A stretch of DNA of 64,000 bases, from sequence record PQ356295.1. One strand, 5' to 3'. A program made the position numbers and the translations under genes. The DNA comes from Escherichia phage KKE7M. Shown piece after piece: positions 1 through 9,938 of this stretch. The notes beneath the pieces are model-generated. The model was not told the DNA's origin and did no database searches. It worked only from the letters and a program-made list of their open reading frames with translations. The first letter of the stretch is position 1, and the number at the start of each line of letters is the position of its first letter.

Positions 1-1
1 A

Positions 2-145
2 CATAATTATCTTAAAGATGGTCAACCAGCTTTTGAACGTGTAAAAATTAAATTTAAAGTGTTGTCTGCACTAGTTACGGATCAAGAACGTATTGATTTT
101 GTAGAAGATGGTGTAGTAACTCATACAAAGGTTTACAATATCTAA
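2..145 (+). CDS. 3' end of an upstream gene (partial, C-terminal ~47 aa), hypothetical protein
   Basis: Open frame entering the window and ending at TAA 143-145; followed by a GC-rich hairpin. Confidence 0.3.
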   Translation, partial: HNYLKDGQPAFERVKIKFKVLSALVTDQERIDFVEDGVVTHTKVYNI

Positions 146-155
146 CAGAGTCTAA

Positions 156-174
156 GAGGGGGATTATCCCCCTC
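156..174 (+). terminator. GC-rich hairpin (GAGGGGG-ATTAT-CCCCCTC) after upstream gene; no clear U-tract
   Basis: Perfect 7-bp inverted repeat read directly; weak as an intrinsic terminator because the downstream run is not T-rich. Confidence 0.3.
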
Positions 175-237
175 CACTTGCAAAACAGCCTCTTCTGTGT
201 TACAATAAAAGTTCGTTTAACAAAATAGGAGGCAAGT

Positions 238-747
238 TTGTCAATAAAAACCTTTGTCGCAATTGCGTTACTATCCTTAACTGCTTTTACATTTACACCT
301 GTTGTGGCGCAAGCCGAAGCTGCAAACGTAAAAACTGCTAAAGTAGTTCACAAGTGTACAAAGCGTGATAGTAAAGAAAATCTATTAGCTTGTGCAATCT
401 ATGCAGAAAGTCGTAATCAAGGAAAGCGCGGTATGTCTGCTGTTGGTAATGTAGTATTAAATAGGGCGAGAGATTCATATTTCCCTGATACTATAAAAGA
501 AGTTTTGTTTCAAAAAGGACAATTCTCTTACACGAAGACATTCAACGTTATGGAACACGATAAGTGGAAGGAAGCTAAGGCTATAGCAGAACGTCTACTT
601 TATCTCGAAAACCATTTTCCAGAATTACGAATTGCATTAGATATTACAAAAGGAGCATTATACTTTAAAAAATCTACAATAAAAGCACACTGGGAAAAAG
701 ATATGGTTCTAGTGTACCGCTACAAAGAACATCAATTCTATCGCTAA
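238..747 (+). CDS. Secreted cell-wall hydrolase (SleB/Hydrolase_2-like), candidate endolysin
   Basis: TTG start 5 nt after AGGAGG; N-terminal signal-like segment ending AQAEA; motif GNVVLNRARDSYFPDT...QFSY resembles SleB-type hydrolase core. Confidence 0.6.
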   Translation: MSIKTFVAIALLSLTAFTFTPVVAQAEAANVKTAKVVHKCTKRDSKENLLACAIYAESRNQGKRGMSAVGNVVLNRARDSYFPDTIKEVLFQKGQFSYTKTFNVMEHDKWKEAKAIAERLLYLENHFPELRIALDITKGALYFKKSTIKAHWEKDMVLVYRYKEHQFYR

Positions 748-757
748 GGAGATATAG

Positions 758-1036
758 ATGAAAGATGGCGTTATCGTTGCAAGTTATCTTGTTATTGGTC
801 TTACAGAAGAGGATGTACATTACATTAGGAAACATTTAGAACAGTTTGCAATGATGTTCATCGAAGACGAAGACAATGTGGATGTTTATTCAATTGAAAT
901 GATCAATGATAACGTCTATCCTTGTATAGCTTTACGAGTCGATGAAGATGTTTGGGAACGTTTTTCACGTAGTCACGATAATGTTGAATGTTCTATGGTT
1001 ATGTCACAAAACAACATACTGGGAGTGTTACACTGA
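758..1036 (+). CDS. Hypothetical early protein (92 aa, acidic)
   Basis: ORF in track; stop overlaps next start (TGATG). Confidence 0.55.
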   Translation: MKDGVIVASYLVIGLTEEDVHYIRKHLEQFAMMFIEDEDNVDVYSIEMINDNVYPCIALRVDEDVWERFSRSHDNVECSMVMSQNNILGVLH

Positions 1037-1266
1037 TGGCTGATGTTATTGAAGTTAACTTTAAAACAAAAAAGAAAGTTGATAAGTATACAATCTTAAA
1101 AAATATTTGCGTTGTGTGCTTCAATTCTGTAATATATGACTCACGTAAGGGCGAAAATGAAAATGAACCTTACATCCAGATTTCTAAAGGTAAAGGACAG
1201 TGTATCTGCAAAAACTGTGCTGTAGCAATTAAGGAGGTTGTAGATGAAAACCATTGGGATCAATGA
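1036..1266 (+). CDS. Hypothetical Cys-rich (zinc-ribbon-like) protein
   Basis: ATG at 1036 overlapping upstream stop, GGGAG upstream; CVVC...CICKNC motifs; track ORF starts earlier at 988. Confidence 0.5.
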   Translation: MADVIEVNFKTKKKVDKYTILKNICVVCFNSVIYDSRKGENENEPYIQISKGKGQCICKNCAVAIKEVVDENHWDQ

Positions 1267-1438
1267 TACTGGTGAAGTTGTAAAATCTTGGGATGATCTT
1301 AGTGATATCCCTACAGATAAACTGATTAAACTGCGTGATGTTTGTCGTGATCATCTTAATGAAACATATAAAGAGTATATGGAAGCACGAGATCACAGTT
1401 TAGCTATCCAAATGGAACTCGCAAAACGTAATCAATAG
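1244..1438 (+). CDS. Hypothetical protein (64 aa)
   Basis: ATG preceded by AAGGAGG. Confidence 0.55.
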   Translation: MKTIGINDTGEVVKSWDDLSDIPTDKLIKLRDVCRDHLNETYKEYMEARDHSLAIQMELAKRNQ

Positions 1439-1495
1439 GTAAAACCATTTGGACTTTTTAGTCTAAAAATGCTAAAGTAATAATACGGAGGGAGT

Positions 1496-2059
1496 ATGAT
1501 ATTTCACATAACTCCCTATCTTTCTGGAGATATTGGAAAAGGTATCAATGACACAATAAGTGTCTTACCAGAAGATAGTTGGATTTGCCTAAGAGACATT
1601 GATACAATGTTTCTTCTTCCAGAACAACCTGCTTGGTTGGAATCAATAGTCCGTTCAAATCCTGATTTTGATGTTCTTGGTGCATCTTGTAATAGATTGG
1701 GATCAACATATCAATTATTTAATAATGAAAGAAGTGAAGATCCAAATATATTACACCACATTGAGATTGCAAAAAGAGCACATCTAGAATGGGGAAACTC
1801 AATAGAGGAAGTACCTACAGATGCTATCTTAGCAGGATTCTTTCTTCTCTTTCGTAAGAGTCTGTGGAATGAAATCCCTTTTGAGGAAAGATCAATACAG
1901 TTTGATATAATTTTCTCTAAAGCATTACATGCTAATAATAAAAGGCTAGGTTTACTACGTGGGTTATATTTATTTCACACCTACCGTTTAGGTAATGATG
2001 ATCCTAGAAAAGCTGTTTCACACCTTTTACATTGTCAAGACATGAATAAAATTATTTAA
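1496..2059 (+). CDS. Hypothetical protein (187 aa)
   Basis: ATG preceded by GGAGGGAG; compact spacing to neighbours. Confidence 0.6.
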   Translation: MIFHITPYLSGDIGKGINDTISVLPEDSWICLRDIDTMFLLPEQPAWLESIVRSNPDFDVLGASCNRLGSTYQLFNNERSEDPNILHHIEIAKRAHLEWGNSIEEVPTDAILAGFFLLFRKSLWNEIPFEERSIQFDIIFSKALHANNKRLGLLRGLYLFHTYRLGNDDPRKAVSHLLHCQDMNKII

Positions 2060-2068
2060 GGAGTTATT

Positions 2069-2755
2069 TTGGAAAATACAAAAATCGGTGTTGGTGTTAT
2101 TACTGTAGGTAAGCGTCCTCTTAAAGATTATCTTGTGACTGATCCTAATGCTACTTTTGTTGTGCAGTATGATCGGGAACGAAAAGGTGTTGCATATGCT
2201 CGTAATGAACTGATGAAAAAGTTTTATGACGAAGGGTATGACTACTGGTTTATTTTTGATGATGATTGCTATCCTGTTGTTCCAGGTTGGGAAACATATT
2301 TTGTAAAACAGGCGAAGGAAAATGGTTGGGATTTCTTTGGTATGCCTGAATACTTTAAAGATAAAGTAAAAGGTATTGAAGGGGAAGTGGTTATTTGGGA
2401 GCTAGGTATGTGCCAGTTTGGTATGTATTCCCGTGCAGTTATTGAGAAAGCTGGCTATTTCCGCTCATACACCCACGGTTATGGATATGAAGATGCAGAG
2501 TGGATTCAGCGCGTTCCACTGGCAGGTTTGAACCGAGGTATTCAAGGCGTACCATGTCCTATTCGAATTATGGCGTTTATCCATCCTGACGATGTGTTTG
2601 GAGATAATCCTTTACCTTTTGCGAATCTGTCAAAAGAAGAGAAAGAACAGGGGATTGGTGTAAACTGGGAACAATATAAACAATCACTGGAGGATCTTCG
2701 CAATGGTAAAACTTTTATCTCTTATGAGGAGGCTCAAAAATATGGTAAATCCTAA
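2069..2755 (+). CDS. Putative GT-A-fold glycosyltransferase
   Basis: TTG start after AAGGAG; DxD-type motif YWFIFDDDCYP and downstream YGYEDAEW typical of GT-A enzymes; function inferred from motifs only. Confidence 0.45.
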   Translation: MENTKIGVGVITVGKRPLKDYLVTDPNATFVVQYDRERKGVAYARNELMKKFYDEGYDYWFIFDDDCYPVVPGWETYFVKQAKENGWDFFGMPEYFKDKVKGIEGEVVIWELGMCQFGMYSRAVIEKAGYFRSYTHGYGYEDAEWIQRVPLAGLNRGIQGVPCPIRIMAFIHPDDVFGDNPLPFANLSKEEKEQGIGVNWEQYKQSLEDLRNGKTFISYEEAQKYGKS

Positions 2756-3716
2756 TACTCCTGTACTTAAGTGTGATAATAAGTTAGGCAGTGGGTGTGA
2801 TTACCATCGTATTGTAATGCCATTTGCGGGAAATACGTTTAAGCCTAAGAAAGACGTTTTAGTTTTTAATAGAGTGTATTCTCGTGGATCAGACGAGGTT
2901 AAACGCCTGAAGGCACAAGGTGTTAAGATTATTGTTGACTTAGATGACTTTTATTCACTTAACCCTGAACATTATATGGCTGGCGTATTTACTAATCACT
3001 CAAAGACTATTGTAGAGATGGTTAAGTTAGCAGATGTTGTTACTGTAACAACAGAATACCTAGCTTACAAAATTCGTCATTTAAATCGTAATGTTGTCGT
3101 TATTAGAAACGCACTGCCTTACGATGAAGGTCAATTTACTTTAACAAAAGACCGTTATTCTGACACGCCTATTGTTTGGGCTGGAGGAGCAAGCCATGAA
3201 CCTGATTTATCTCTTGTAGCTAATACATTTGATGATACACTATTGACAATTGCAGGGTATGAAGTGTATCCTTCTGCACCTGTTGGAAATAATAGTCAGT
3301 ATCTAACTACTGCGGAGTGGGTTAAAGTAAAACGTAAAATTCCAAATGCACAGTATAAACCTGCTATTAAAAATTTAGGTGAGTATATGTCTGTGTATGA
3401 CGGTCACAGTATTGCAATTGCTCCTCTGGTAGACAATGACTTCAACAACTGTAAAAGCAATTTGAAGATTTTGGAAGCAGGTGCAAAGGGTCTTCCTATT
3501 ATCTGTTCTCCTGTGCTGCCGTACTTCAATCCGGTAGATGCAAAGGCTGTTATTTATGCAGACTCTAAAGCATCTTGGCATTATGAAGTTGTCAAGCTAA
3601 TGAGAAACCCTAGATACACAGAAGATCGTGGTATGATGCTTGCAGAACACGTTCGTCTTAATTATAATCTTGCAGATGCCAATGAACTGCGTCGTCAAGT
3701 TATTGAAAGTCTTTAA
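2742..3716 (+). CDS. Putative GT-B-like glycosyltransferase, paralog 1 of tandem pair
   Basis: ATG 2742 after GAGGAGG (track ORF starts at 2703); C-terminal motif NCKSNLKILEAGAKGLPIICSP; colinear similarity to 3728-4672. Confidence 0.45.
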   Translation: MVNPNTPVLKCDNKLGSGCDYHRIVMPFAGNTFKPKKDVLVFNRVYSRGSDEVKRLKAQGVKIIVDLDDFYSLNPEHYMAGVFTNHSKTIVEMVKLADVVTVTTEYLAYKIRHLNRNVVVIRNALPYDEGQFTLTKDRYSDTPIVWAGGASHEPDLSLVANTFDDTLLTIAGYEVYPSAPVGNNSQYLTTAEWVKVKRKIPNAQYKPAIKNLGEYMSVYDGHSIAIAPLVDNDFNNCKSNLKILEAGAKGLPIICSPVLPYFNPVDAKAVIYADSKASWHYEVVKLMRNPRYTEDRGMMLAEHVRLNYNLADANELRRQVIESL

Positions 3717-3727
3717 TAAGGAGCGGT

Positions 3728-4672
3728 ATGCCTAATATTATTCTTGACACACGCGGAAATGAAAAGTATAGTGTATGTGATTTTCATAGAATCATTTTGC
3801 CATATAAACGCAAACTGACCATTAATCCTAAACATAATATTTTTGTGTTCAATGGAGTACCAACCCGTGGAAAGCCAGGTTTCCTGGCTCTTAAACAACT
3901 TGGGTTTAAATTGGTAATGGATCTGGATGATTCTTTAATTATTCCTGAAGGACATATGCTTGAAGGATTATTTGAAAATCAAATCCGAGATGATCTAAAA
4001 TGGTTCCTTGAAAGAAGCGATCTTGTAACTACAACAACTCCAGCATTAAAGGTTGAATTAAGCCAATACAATGATAATGTACATATTGTGCCTAACGGAC
4101 TACCTTTTGATGAAGGACAGTTTGTTCTTACGAAAGATCGTTATTCTAAAAGTCCACTGGTTTGGGCGGGAAGTGAAACACATAAACATGATTTAGCTAT
4201 TCTTCCTAGTTTTGGTAAAGATTTAACTTTATGTGGATTTCGTAGAGATCACGAAGAGTTAAGTAGTGCTCAATGGTTGCAAATTAAAGAAGATATTCAA
4301 CCAGATTGTGTTTACGAAGGTATTCGTCCTTATGAGTGCTATATGGAAGCATACGATGGTCATCAAATCTCCATAGCTCCATTAGTAAATAATCATTTTA
4401 ATAATGCCAAAAGTAATTTAAAAATTCTTGAAGCTGGTGCTAAAGGTTTGCCACTCGTTTGTTCACCACGAGAGAACTATTATACTGAAGAGTTTAAAGA
4501 TCTAATCTTCTTTGCTGATTCAGTTAAAGAGTGGAAAGATATTGTAGAATACTTAATCGAATCTCCTGATGTTTGTATTGAGAAAGGATTGGCTCTTGCT
4601 AAGTATGTAAGAGATAACTACAATATTGATGATTTAAATGAAACCCGCAGACTGCTTATCGAGGATTTATAA
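3728..4672 (+). CDS. Putative GT-B-like glycosyltransferase, paralog 2 of tandem pair
   Basis: AAGGAG RBS; shares blocks CD[YF]HRI, DLDD, LP[YF]DEGQF[TV]LTKDRYS, NAKSNLKILEAGAKGLP with the upstream gene. Confidence 0.45.
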   Translation: MPNIILDTRGNEKYSVCDFHRIILPYKRKLTINPKHNIFVFNGVPTRGKPGFLALKQLGFKLVMDLDDSLIIPEGHMLEGLFENQIRDDLKWFLERSDLVTTTTPALKVELSQYNDNVHIVPNGLPFDEGQFVLTKDRYSKSPLVWAGSETHKHDLAILPSFGKDLTLCGFRRDHEELSSAQWLQIKEDIQPDCVYEGIRPYECYMEAYDGHQISIAPLVNNHFNNAKSNLKILEAGAKGLPLVCSPRENYYTEEFKDLIFFADSVKEWKDIVEYLIESPDVCIEKGLALAKYVRDNYNIDDLNETRRLLIEDL

Positions 4673-4941
4673 TGAACACTTTTGATTTTGAGTATAAACA
4701 AGATAATAAAGAACCTATTATTGTTGAAGTAGATTACTATTATGAAGAACCTAATCCTTTCTCACGAGAAAGTGATTGGGATTATTATGGTGGTCTTATT
4801 GTTGATGGTATTAGGTTTTATTCTGGTACAAAAGAACTTTTTGATATAGATATTTCCCCATCGGAAATTGTTTACCAATTTAAGAAACATATGGAAGATT
4901 TGGAAATGCAATATATTATGGAGACAAACGAATCATTTTAG
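4672..4941 (+). CDS. Hypothetical acidic protein (89 aa)
   Basis: ATG overlaps upstream stop (TAATG). Confidence 0.55.
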   Translation: MNTFDFEYKQDNKEPIIVEVDYYYEEPNPFSRESDWDYYGGLIVDGIRFYSGTKELFDIDISPSEIVYQFKKHMEDLEMQYIMETNESF

Positions 4942-4953
4942 TAGGAGAATCAT

Positions 4954-6726
4954 GTGTCTTATGTTGTAAATAAATATGGGTATAACATTGATCTAAGTCA
5001 AGAAGGACATACTGGGTGTCCTCGTTGTATGAAAGGAGGACGTGATCGATCACAAAACAATTTAATGGTATATGGCTTAGATGCCGATGAAGACCATCGA
5101 GGCGCACATTGTTTTTCTTGTGGCTTTACTATCCCTGATCAAAAATGGTTAAATACACACGGCGAAGAAATTGAAGAGGAGGATATCTTGGGTAGTGAGT
5201 TTAATCCAGAAGTGCATGATAAGCTAAAAGCCAGCACTGGAACTAATCCAAAAGGTTATCGCGGTATTCGTGAAGATATCTCTAAGCCTTTCGGTGTACG
5301 CTATATGTACGATGAAGCCACTGGCGAAGTAATTTCAACACTATACCCTACAACTAAAGATTACAATATTGCTGGGTATAAACAACGTATTGATCCAAAA
5401 GATTTTTCGCATCCTATCGGTGAAACAGGAAAGGATTGTGATCTTTTTGGTGAGTTTAAATATCGTAACCACAGTGGTACTATTCTAATCGTTGGTGGTG
5501 AACACGATATGCTGGCTGCAACACAGATGCTAAAAGATTATAACAAGGGTGGTAAATACCCTGTTCCTGCTGTAGTATCTGGTACTTGTGGCGAAACATC
5601 TCTGCATAAGCAGCTTCAACATCGTTATAAATTCTTAGATCAATTTAAAAAGATTGTTCTATGTATGGACAATGATGAAGCTGGACGTGCAGCAGTTGAG
5701 AAATGTGTTAAAATCTTACCACGTAATAAAGTTTACGTGATGGAACTAACTGATGTTAAAGATCCTAACCAGGCGTTAGTAGAAGGAAAAATTGATCATT
5801 TTATTGATCGCTTTTTCAAAGCTAAACTGTACACACCTGCTGGTGTTTATGCTTCTAACGTGCTGTACGAAGCAGCCTTGGAATGCCTGGAAGCTAAAAT
5901 GATCACCCTTCCTCCATTCATGCGTGTTGCTTCTAATATGTTAGGTGGAGGCTTGGTAGAAGAAGAAATTACTGTTATACTTGCAAAAACAAGTATCGGT
6001 AAGACACTGTTGGTTAACGAGATTACGAAGCACATTATTCTTGCACACCCAGAACATACTCTTGGTATTTTATCTTTGGAGGCAACGTATAAGAAGTATT
6101 CTCGTAACTTACTGTCTTCATTCTTGCATATCCCTCTTCACCGTAAAACGAAAGAAGAGAAGGAAAAGATTTTAAAAGATAATGAAGAAAAGATTCGTGA
6201 TTTTTACGAACGGGAAGATGGAACACCACGTTTCTATGTTTGTGATGATCGTGGAGCTAACGTAGATGTGATTAAAGAGAAGGTTCTGGAAATGATTATT
6301 TATTTCGGAGTAACCATTCTTGTTATCGACCCTTATTCTGATTTGCTTTCTGGTATGGACGTGTCACAACAAGAGGAACTTGCGACGTGGCTCAAACGCA
6401 TTATGAAAGAGTACGCAATCACCATTGTTGTAATTTCACACGTTAAAAAGTCTTCTAACAATAGCAATGAACATATTGTAGAAGATGATGCAATGGGTAG
6501 TAGCTTCCTTGCTAAAGGTGCTGGTATCACAATTGCGCTGGAGCGTGATAAACAAGCTGAAGATCCTATGGAACGTAACCGCACATATTGCTACATTCTA
6601 AAGAACCGTGAGTTCTCAGAGACTGGTGCAGCAGGTAGTTTCTTCTATGAGATTAAAACAGCTACACTTCACGATTACGATCAATACACAAGTAACCCAG
6701 AGAATATTCCTGCTGGTTCTTATTAA
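4954..6726 (+). CDS. DNA primase/helicase (T7 gp4-like bifunctional)
   Basis: GTG start after AGGAG; zinc finger CPRC...CFSC; Toprim-like CMDNDEAGR; Walker A LAKTSIGKT and Walker B-like VIDPYSD. Confidence 0.9.
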   Translation: MSYVVNKYGYNIDLSQEGHTGCPRCMKGGRDRSQNNLMVYGLDADEDHRGAHCFSCGFTIPDQKWLNTHGEEIEEEDILGSEFNPEVHDKLKASTGTNPKGYRGIREDISKPFGVRYMYDEATGEVISTLYPTTKDYNIAGYKQRIDPKDFSHPIGETGKDCDLFGEFKYRNHSGTILIVGGEHDMLAATQMLKDYNKGGKYPVPAVVSGTCGETSLHKQLQHRYKFLDQFKKIVLCMDNDEAGRAAVEKCVKILPRNKVYVMELTDVKDPNQALVEGKIDHFIDRFFKAKLYTPAGVYASNVLYEAALECLEAKMITLPPFMRVASNMLGGGLVEEEITVILAKTSIGKTLLVNEITKHIILAHPEHTLGILSLEATYKKYSRNLLSSFLHIPLHRKTKEEKEKILKDNEEKIRDFYEREDGTPRFYVCDDRGANVDVIKEKVLEMIIYFGVTILVIDPYSDLLSGMDVSQQEELATWLKRIMKEYAITIVVISHVKKSSNNSNEHIVEDDAMGSSFLAKGAGITIALERDKQAEDPMERNRTYCYILKNREFSETGAAGSFFYEIKTATLHDYDQYTSNPENIPAGSY

Positions 6727-6735
6727 GGAGAAAAT

Positions 6736-7131
6736 ATGAAAGACAACGAAAACATCCTCTATGGGGTATCCCCTTCTGCGTTAGGGTATGATTATACGAA
6801 AACTGTTGCTAAGTTTAAATTTCAAGATGGATCGGAGTTAGAACCATATGGTTATGCTTATGGTGAACATTTGTGGTTTGAGGATGGTTGCCTATACCTT
6901 CTCATTCAAACTACCAGTGGTTTTGTGGGAGAGCTTGTAGATCGTATGCTGAAAAATGTTAGTGATAAAGTTGTTCTTGATATCGCTAGTAAGGATGAAA
7001 ACATTAATAACATTGTTTCCACTTTTAGTGGCTTAACAGGGACAGTTAAAATTGATCGTGTAGGCTTGAGAAATACCAATGGTGTCCCTAATTGCCTTAT
7101 TAAAGTACAATTAAGTGCTGACAATAAATAA
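6736..7131 (+). CDS. Hypothetical protein (131 aa)
   Basis: ATG after AAGGAGAAAAT; followed by hairpin. Confidence 0.6.
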   Translation: MKDNENILYGVSPSALGYDYTKTVAKFKFQDGSELEPYGYAYGEHLWFEDGCLYLLIQTTSGFVGELVDRMLKNVSDKVVLDIASKDENINNIVSTFSGLTGTVKIDRVGLRNTNGVPNCLIKVQLSADNK

Positions 7132-7142
7132 CAAGAAGGGGC

Positions 7143-7160
7143 GAAAGCCCCTTTACAAAA
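7143..7160 (+). terminator. Hairpin AAGGGGC-GAAA-GCCCCTT (GNRA loop), weak U-tract
   Basis: Perfect inverted repeat after stop of 6736-7131; the same hairpin sequence recurs on the minus strand at 17992-18012. Confidence 0.45.
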
Positions 7161-7221
7161 CAATTAATTTATGGTACAGTATTAACAAATTAAGACTTTA
7201 GAAATATTTTAAGGAGGGAGA

Positions 7222-9801
7222 ATGGGAGCTTTTACTTTCGACATTGAAAGTAACAACTTGCTTAATGACGAAAGTGTAGATTACTTGGCAAGTCCATATC
7301 GTTTAAAAGATAGTTTTGCAATGCACTGTATTGTGTGCGAAAGTCATGATACTGGAGAGATTATTGCTTTCCATGATGGTGATAAATATCTTTTCGATGG
7401 TCGTCCGTATGTTGAGACTGACGGAAAGTATGAATACCGACTGGAGGAATATGAGCATTTAGAATATACCCATTTCCCTCTTAAAGATTTTCCTGATTTT
7501 GTAAATGGAACAGGTAAATTTAAAGGTAATTCAAACTATAAAATTACCAAAGTAGTTGGACACAACATCATTAACTTCGACTTACTGGCAATTAAATTAT
7601 TTTTTAAACTCAACTACAGTATTAAGTACAATACTTGGGGTAATAGTAACATTGAAATTTGTGATACTATGATCTTAAGTAAGACACTAAACCCTGATCG
7701 CTTCGGTGGTCATAGTCTGGCAGAGTTATCTAAGAAAGCTGGAGGGGATGTTAAAATTGATTTTAGAAAAAACATCCCTGAAACTGAAAGATTTAAAACA
7801 TTTGCAGCAGATATGCTGTATTACTGTATTTACGATAACAAAGCTAACACCGCAGTGTTCCGTTATTTAATGGAAGAGTGGGGTGATTATAGTAAGTGGT
7901 CTGAACCATTTAACTTAGAACAACGTGTAGCTGATATTATTACACGTCAAGAGCACCGTGGCTTTGCTTTCAATATGAAACAAGCAGAAGATAATATTCG
8001 TGATCTGGATGCTCGAATGGAAGCATGTCGTTTAGAGGCAGAACCTGTACTACCTCCTAAACCTGCTACTAAAGGTTATTTGAAATCATTCATTCCACCT
8101 AAACTACAGTTTAAAAAGAATGGTGAACCTTCAAGTAACATGATAAAGTTTGCAGAGAAACATTCTGGTGAACTTGTACAAAAAGAAGATGGTTGGTGGT
8201 TATTTGCATTAGGTAAAGAGTTTAAACTCCCTATTCCAGCAGAAGAACCTATTTGTGATCCTACAGTACCTGCTACTTTAGACGACACTACACATATTAA
8301 AAATTGGTTGGTTGGTTTAGGTTGGAGTCCATCTGAATATAAAGATAAAGATATCACTCTTAAATCTGGCACTAAGATTAAGAAAGATGAAGCACAAATG
8401 GAGAAAGCTATTCGTGACTATGTTGATCAAACATTAGCATCTAACTTCTGCCAGGATAGATGTGATCATCTGGAGTGCACACCAGAAACTTTGGAATGGA
8501 AACTAAGAGATCGTATTGCTAAAGCTAAAGGTCGTGGTGTTAAAGTGCTTACTAACCCTTCCTTTACAAAAGGGCAAGAGAAGGATATTTGTCCTAACTT
8601 GGAAGCACTAGGTGAAAAGTTTCCTTATGCTACGCAGATTGTGCAGTATCTTACGTATAAACATCGTAGGAACTCTATCCTAGGGGGTGGTGCTGATTGG
8701 GAAGAAGATGAAGAGGATTACGATAAAGGTTATCTGGCGGCAGTAAGGGCTGATGGTCGTATACCAACTCCTGCTGCAACGTGTGATGCAGCTACGTCTC
8801 GTATGAAACATAGATTAGTAGCAAACATTCCACGTGTAACATCTTTGTATGGGTATGAAATGCGTAACTTATTTGGTGTAGAAGTTCCAAAATACTTCCA
8901 GATTGGTTATGACTTCGATTCTCTTGAAGCAAAAATAGAATCACACTACTGTTGGCGGTACGAGCAGGAACCACACGAATATTGTAATGCTCTATTGTTG
9001 GAAAAACCTAATGATGTTCATACAATGATGGCTCGACGTATTTCTGATACTATTGGTCGTAAGTTTGAACGAAGCCCTGCTAAGTCTGTTAAGTATGGTA
9101 TTACTTATGGTGCTCAAGCTGCAAAAGTAGCAAAAACCATTGGTAGTGATATGTATACAGGACAGCTTGTATACGATGCTTTCTGGGAAGCTGCAAAACC
9201 TCTTGCTCTTCTTAAAGAACGTCTGCATGATTTTTGGGTTAAAACAGGTAAGAAATACATTCTTGGTATTGATGGTAGGAAAGTACCTACACGATCTGCA
9301 CACGCAATACTTAACTCTCTGTTCCAGAGTGGTGGTGTTATTTGTGCAAAAAGAGCAATGGTTATCTACGATGATCTTATCGAAGAAGAAGGATTAGCTG
9401 TTGACTTTTTTGTTGATGACTGGAAAAATAAGTCATTCGTTCAACAAATGATTGCATATCACGATGAAGCGCAGCTTGAAGTAACTCGTGATCTGGTGCA
9501 TTTTAAATGGTTCTCTAAAGAATCTTTAGGTTGGACTCAAGTTGATGATCCAGATGAACAAAAGAAAATTGATAAAGAATGTTTGGATAAAGTTAATGCC
9601 TGGAAAGAAGAGGAAGAGAAACGTACTGGCAAGATTTGGGCTAACGTACATGAGTCTCCAAAAGGTGGTTGGTTTACAGCCTACAGTCGTGCTGGAGAAT
9701 TAGCATCTATCGCTGTTAATAAAGCTGGTGAGTATTACAATCTTAATGTACCTCTCACTGCTGGTTACGATGTTGGTAACTCATGGGCGTCTTGTCACTA
9801 G
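7222..9801 (+). CDS. DNA polymerase, family A (Pol I-like with N-terminal exonuclease region)
   Basis: GGAGGGAG RBS; Pol A motifs KSVKYGITYGAQ (motif B-like) and YHDEAQLEV (motif C HDE); 859 aa. Confidence 0.9.
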   Translation: MGAFTFDIESNNLLNDESVDYLASPYRLKDSFAMHCIVCESHDTGEIIAFHDGDKYLFDGRPYVETDGKYEYRLEEYEHLEYTHFPLKDFPDFVNGTGKFKGNSNYKITKVVGHNIINFDLLAIKLFFKLNYSIKYNTWGNSNIEICDTMILSKTLNPDRFGGHSLAELSKKAGGDVKIDFRKNIPETERFKTFAADMLYYCIYDNKANTAVFRYLMEEWGDYSKWSEPFNLEQRVADIITRQEHRGFAFNMKQAEDNIRDLDARMEACRLEAEPVLPPKPATKGYLKSFIPPKLQFKKNGEPSSNMIKFAEKHSGELVQKEDGWWLFALGKEFKLPIPAEEPICDPTVPATLDDTTHIKNWLVGLGWSPSEYKDKDITLKSGTKIKKDEAQMEKAIRDYVDQTLASNFCQDRCDHLECTPETLEWKLRDRIAKAKGRGVKVLTNPSFTKGQEKDICPNLEALGEKFPYATQIVQYLTYKHRRNSILGGGADWEEDEEDYDKGYLAAVRADGRIPTPAATCDAATSRMKHRLVANIPRVTSLYGYEMRNLFGVEVPKYFQIGYDFDSLEAKIESHYCWRYEQEPHEYCNALLLEKPNDVHTMMARRISDTIGRKFERSPAKSVKYGITYGAQAAKVAKTIGSDMYTGQLVYDAFWEAAKPLALLKERLHDFWVKTGKKYILGIDGRKVPTRSAHAILNSLFQSGGVICAKRAMVIYDDLIEEEGLAVDFFVDDWKNKSFVQQMIAYHDEAQLEVTRDLVHFKWFSKESLGWTQVDDPDEQKKIDKECLDKVNAWKEEEEKRTGKIWANVHESPKGGWFTAYSRAGELASIAVNKAGEYYNLNVPLTAGYDVGNSWASCH

Positions 9802-9884
9802 TATCTATTTGATTTTAAAGGAGTTTTTATGTGGGACAACCTATTATTGCCAAGGTTGTTCCGCACTTTTAAACCATTTCATAA

Positions 9885-9904
9885 CTAGATGTTTGAACAT
9901 CTAG
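9885..9904 (+). promoter_or_regulatory. Dyad-symmetric site CTAGATGTT-tg-AACATCTAG upstream of 9939 gene
   Basis: 9-bp perfect inverted repeat read directly; could be an operator or an RNA hairpin. Confidence 0.35.
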
Positions 9905-9938
9905 AATAATGCAAAGACCATAAGAGATAGGAGAAAAT

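Noticed and set aside
2703-2741. Upstream start codon of the first GT-B-like paralog as given in the ORF track
   Set aside because: No RBS before 2703 and a 53-nt overlap with the upstream gene; ATG at 2742 is preceded by GAGGAGG and aligns with the N-terminus of the paralog
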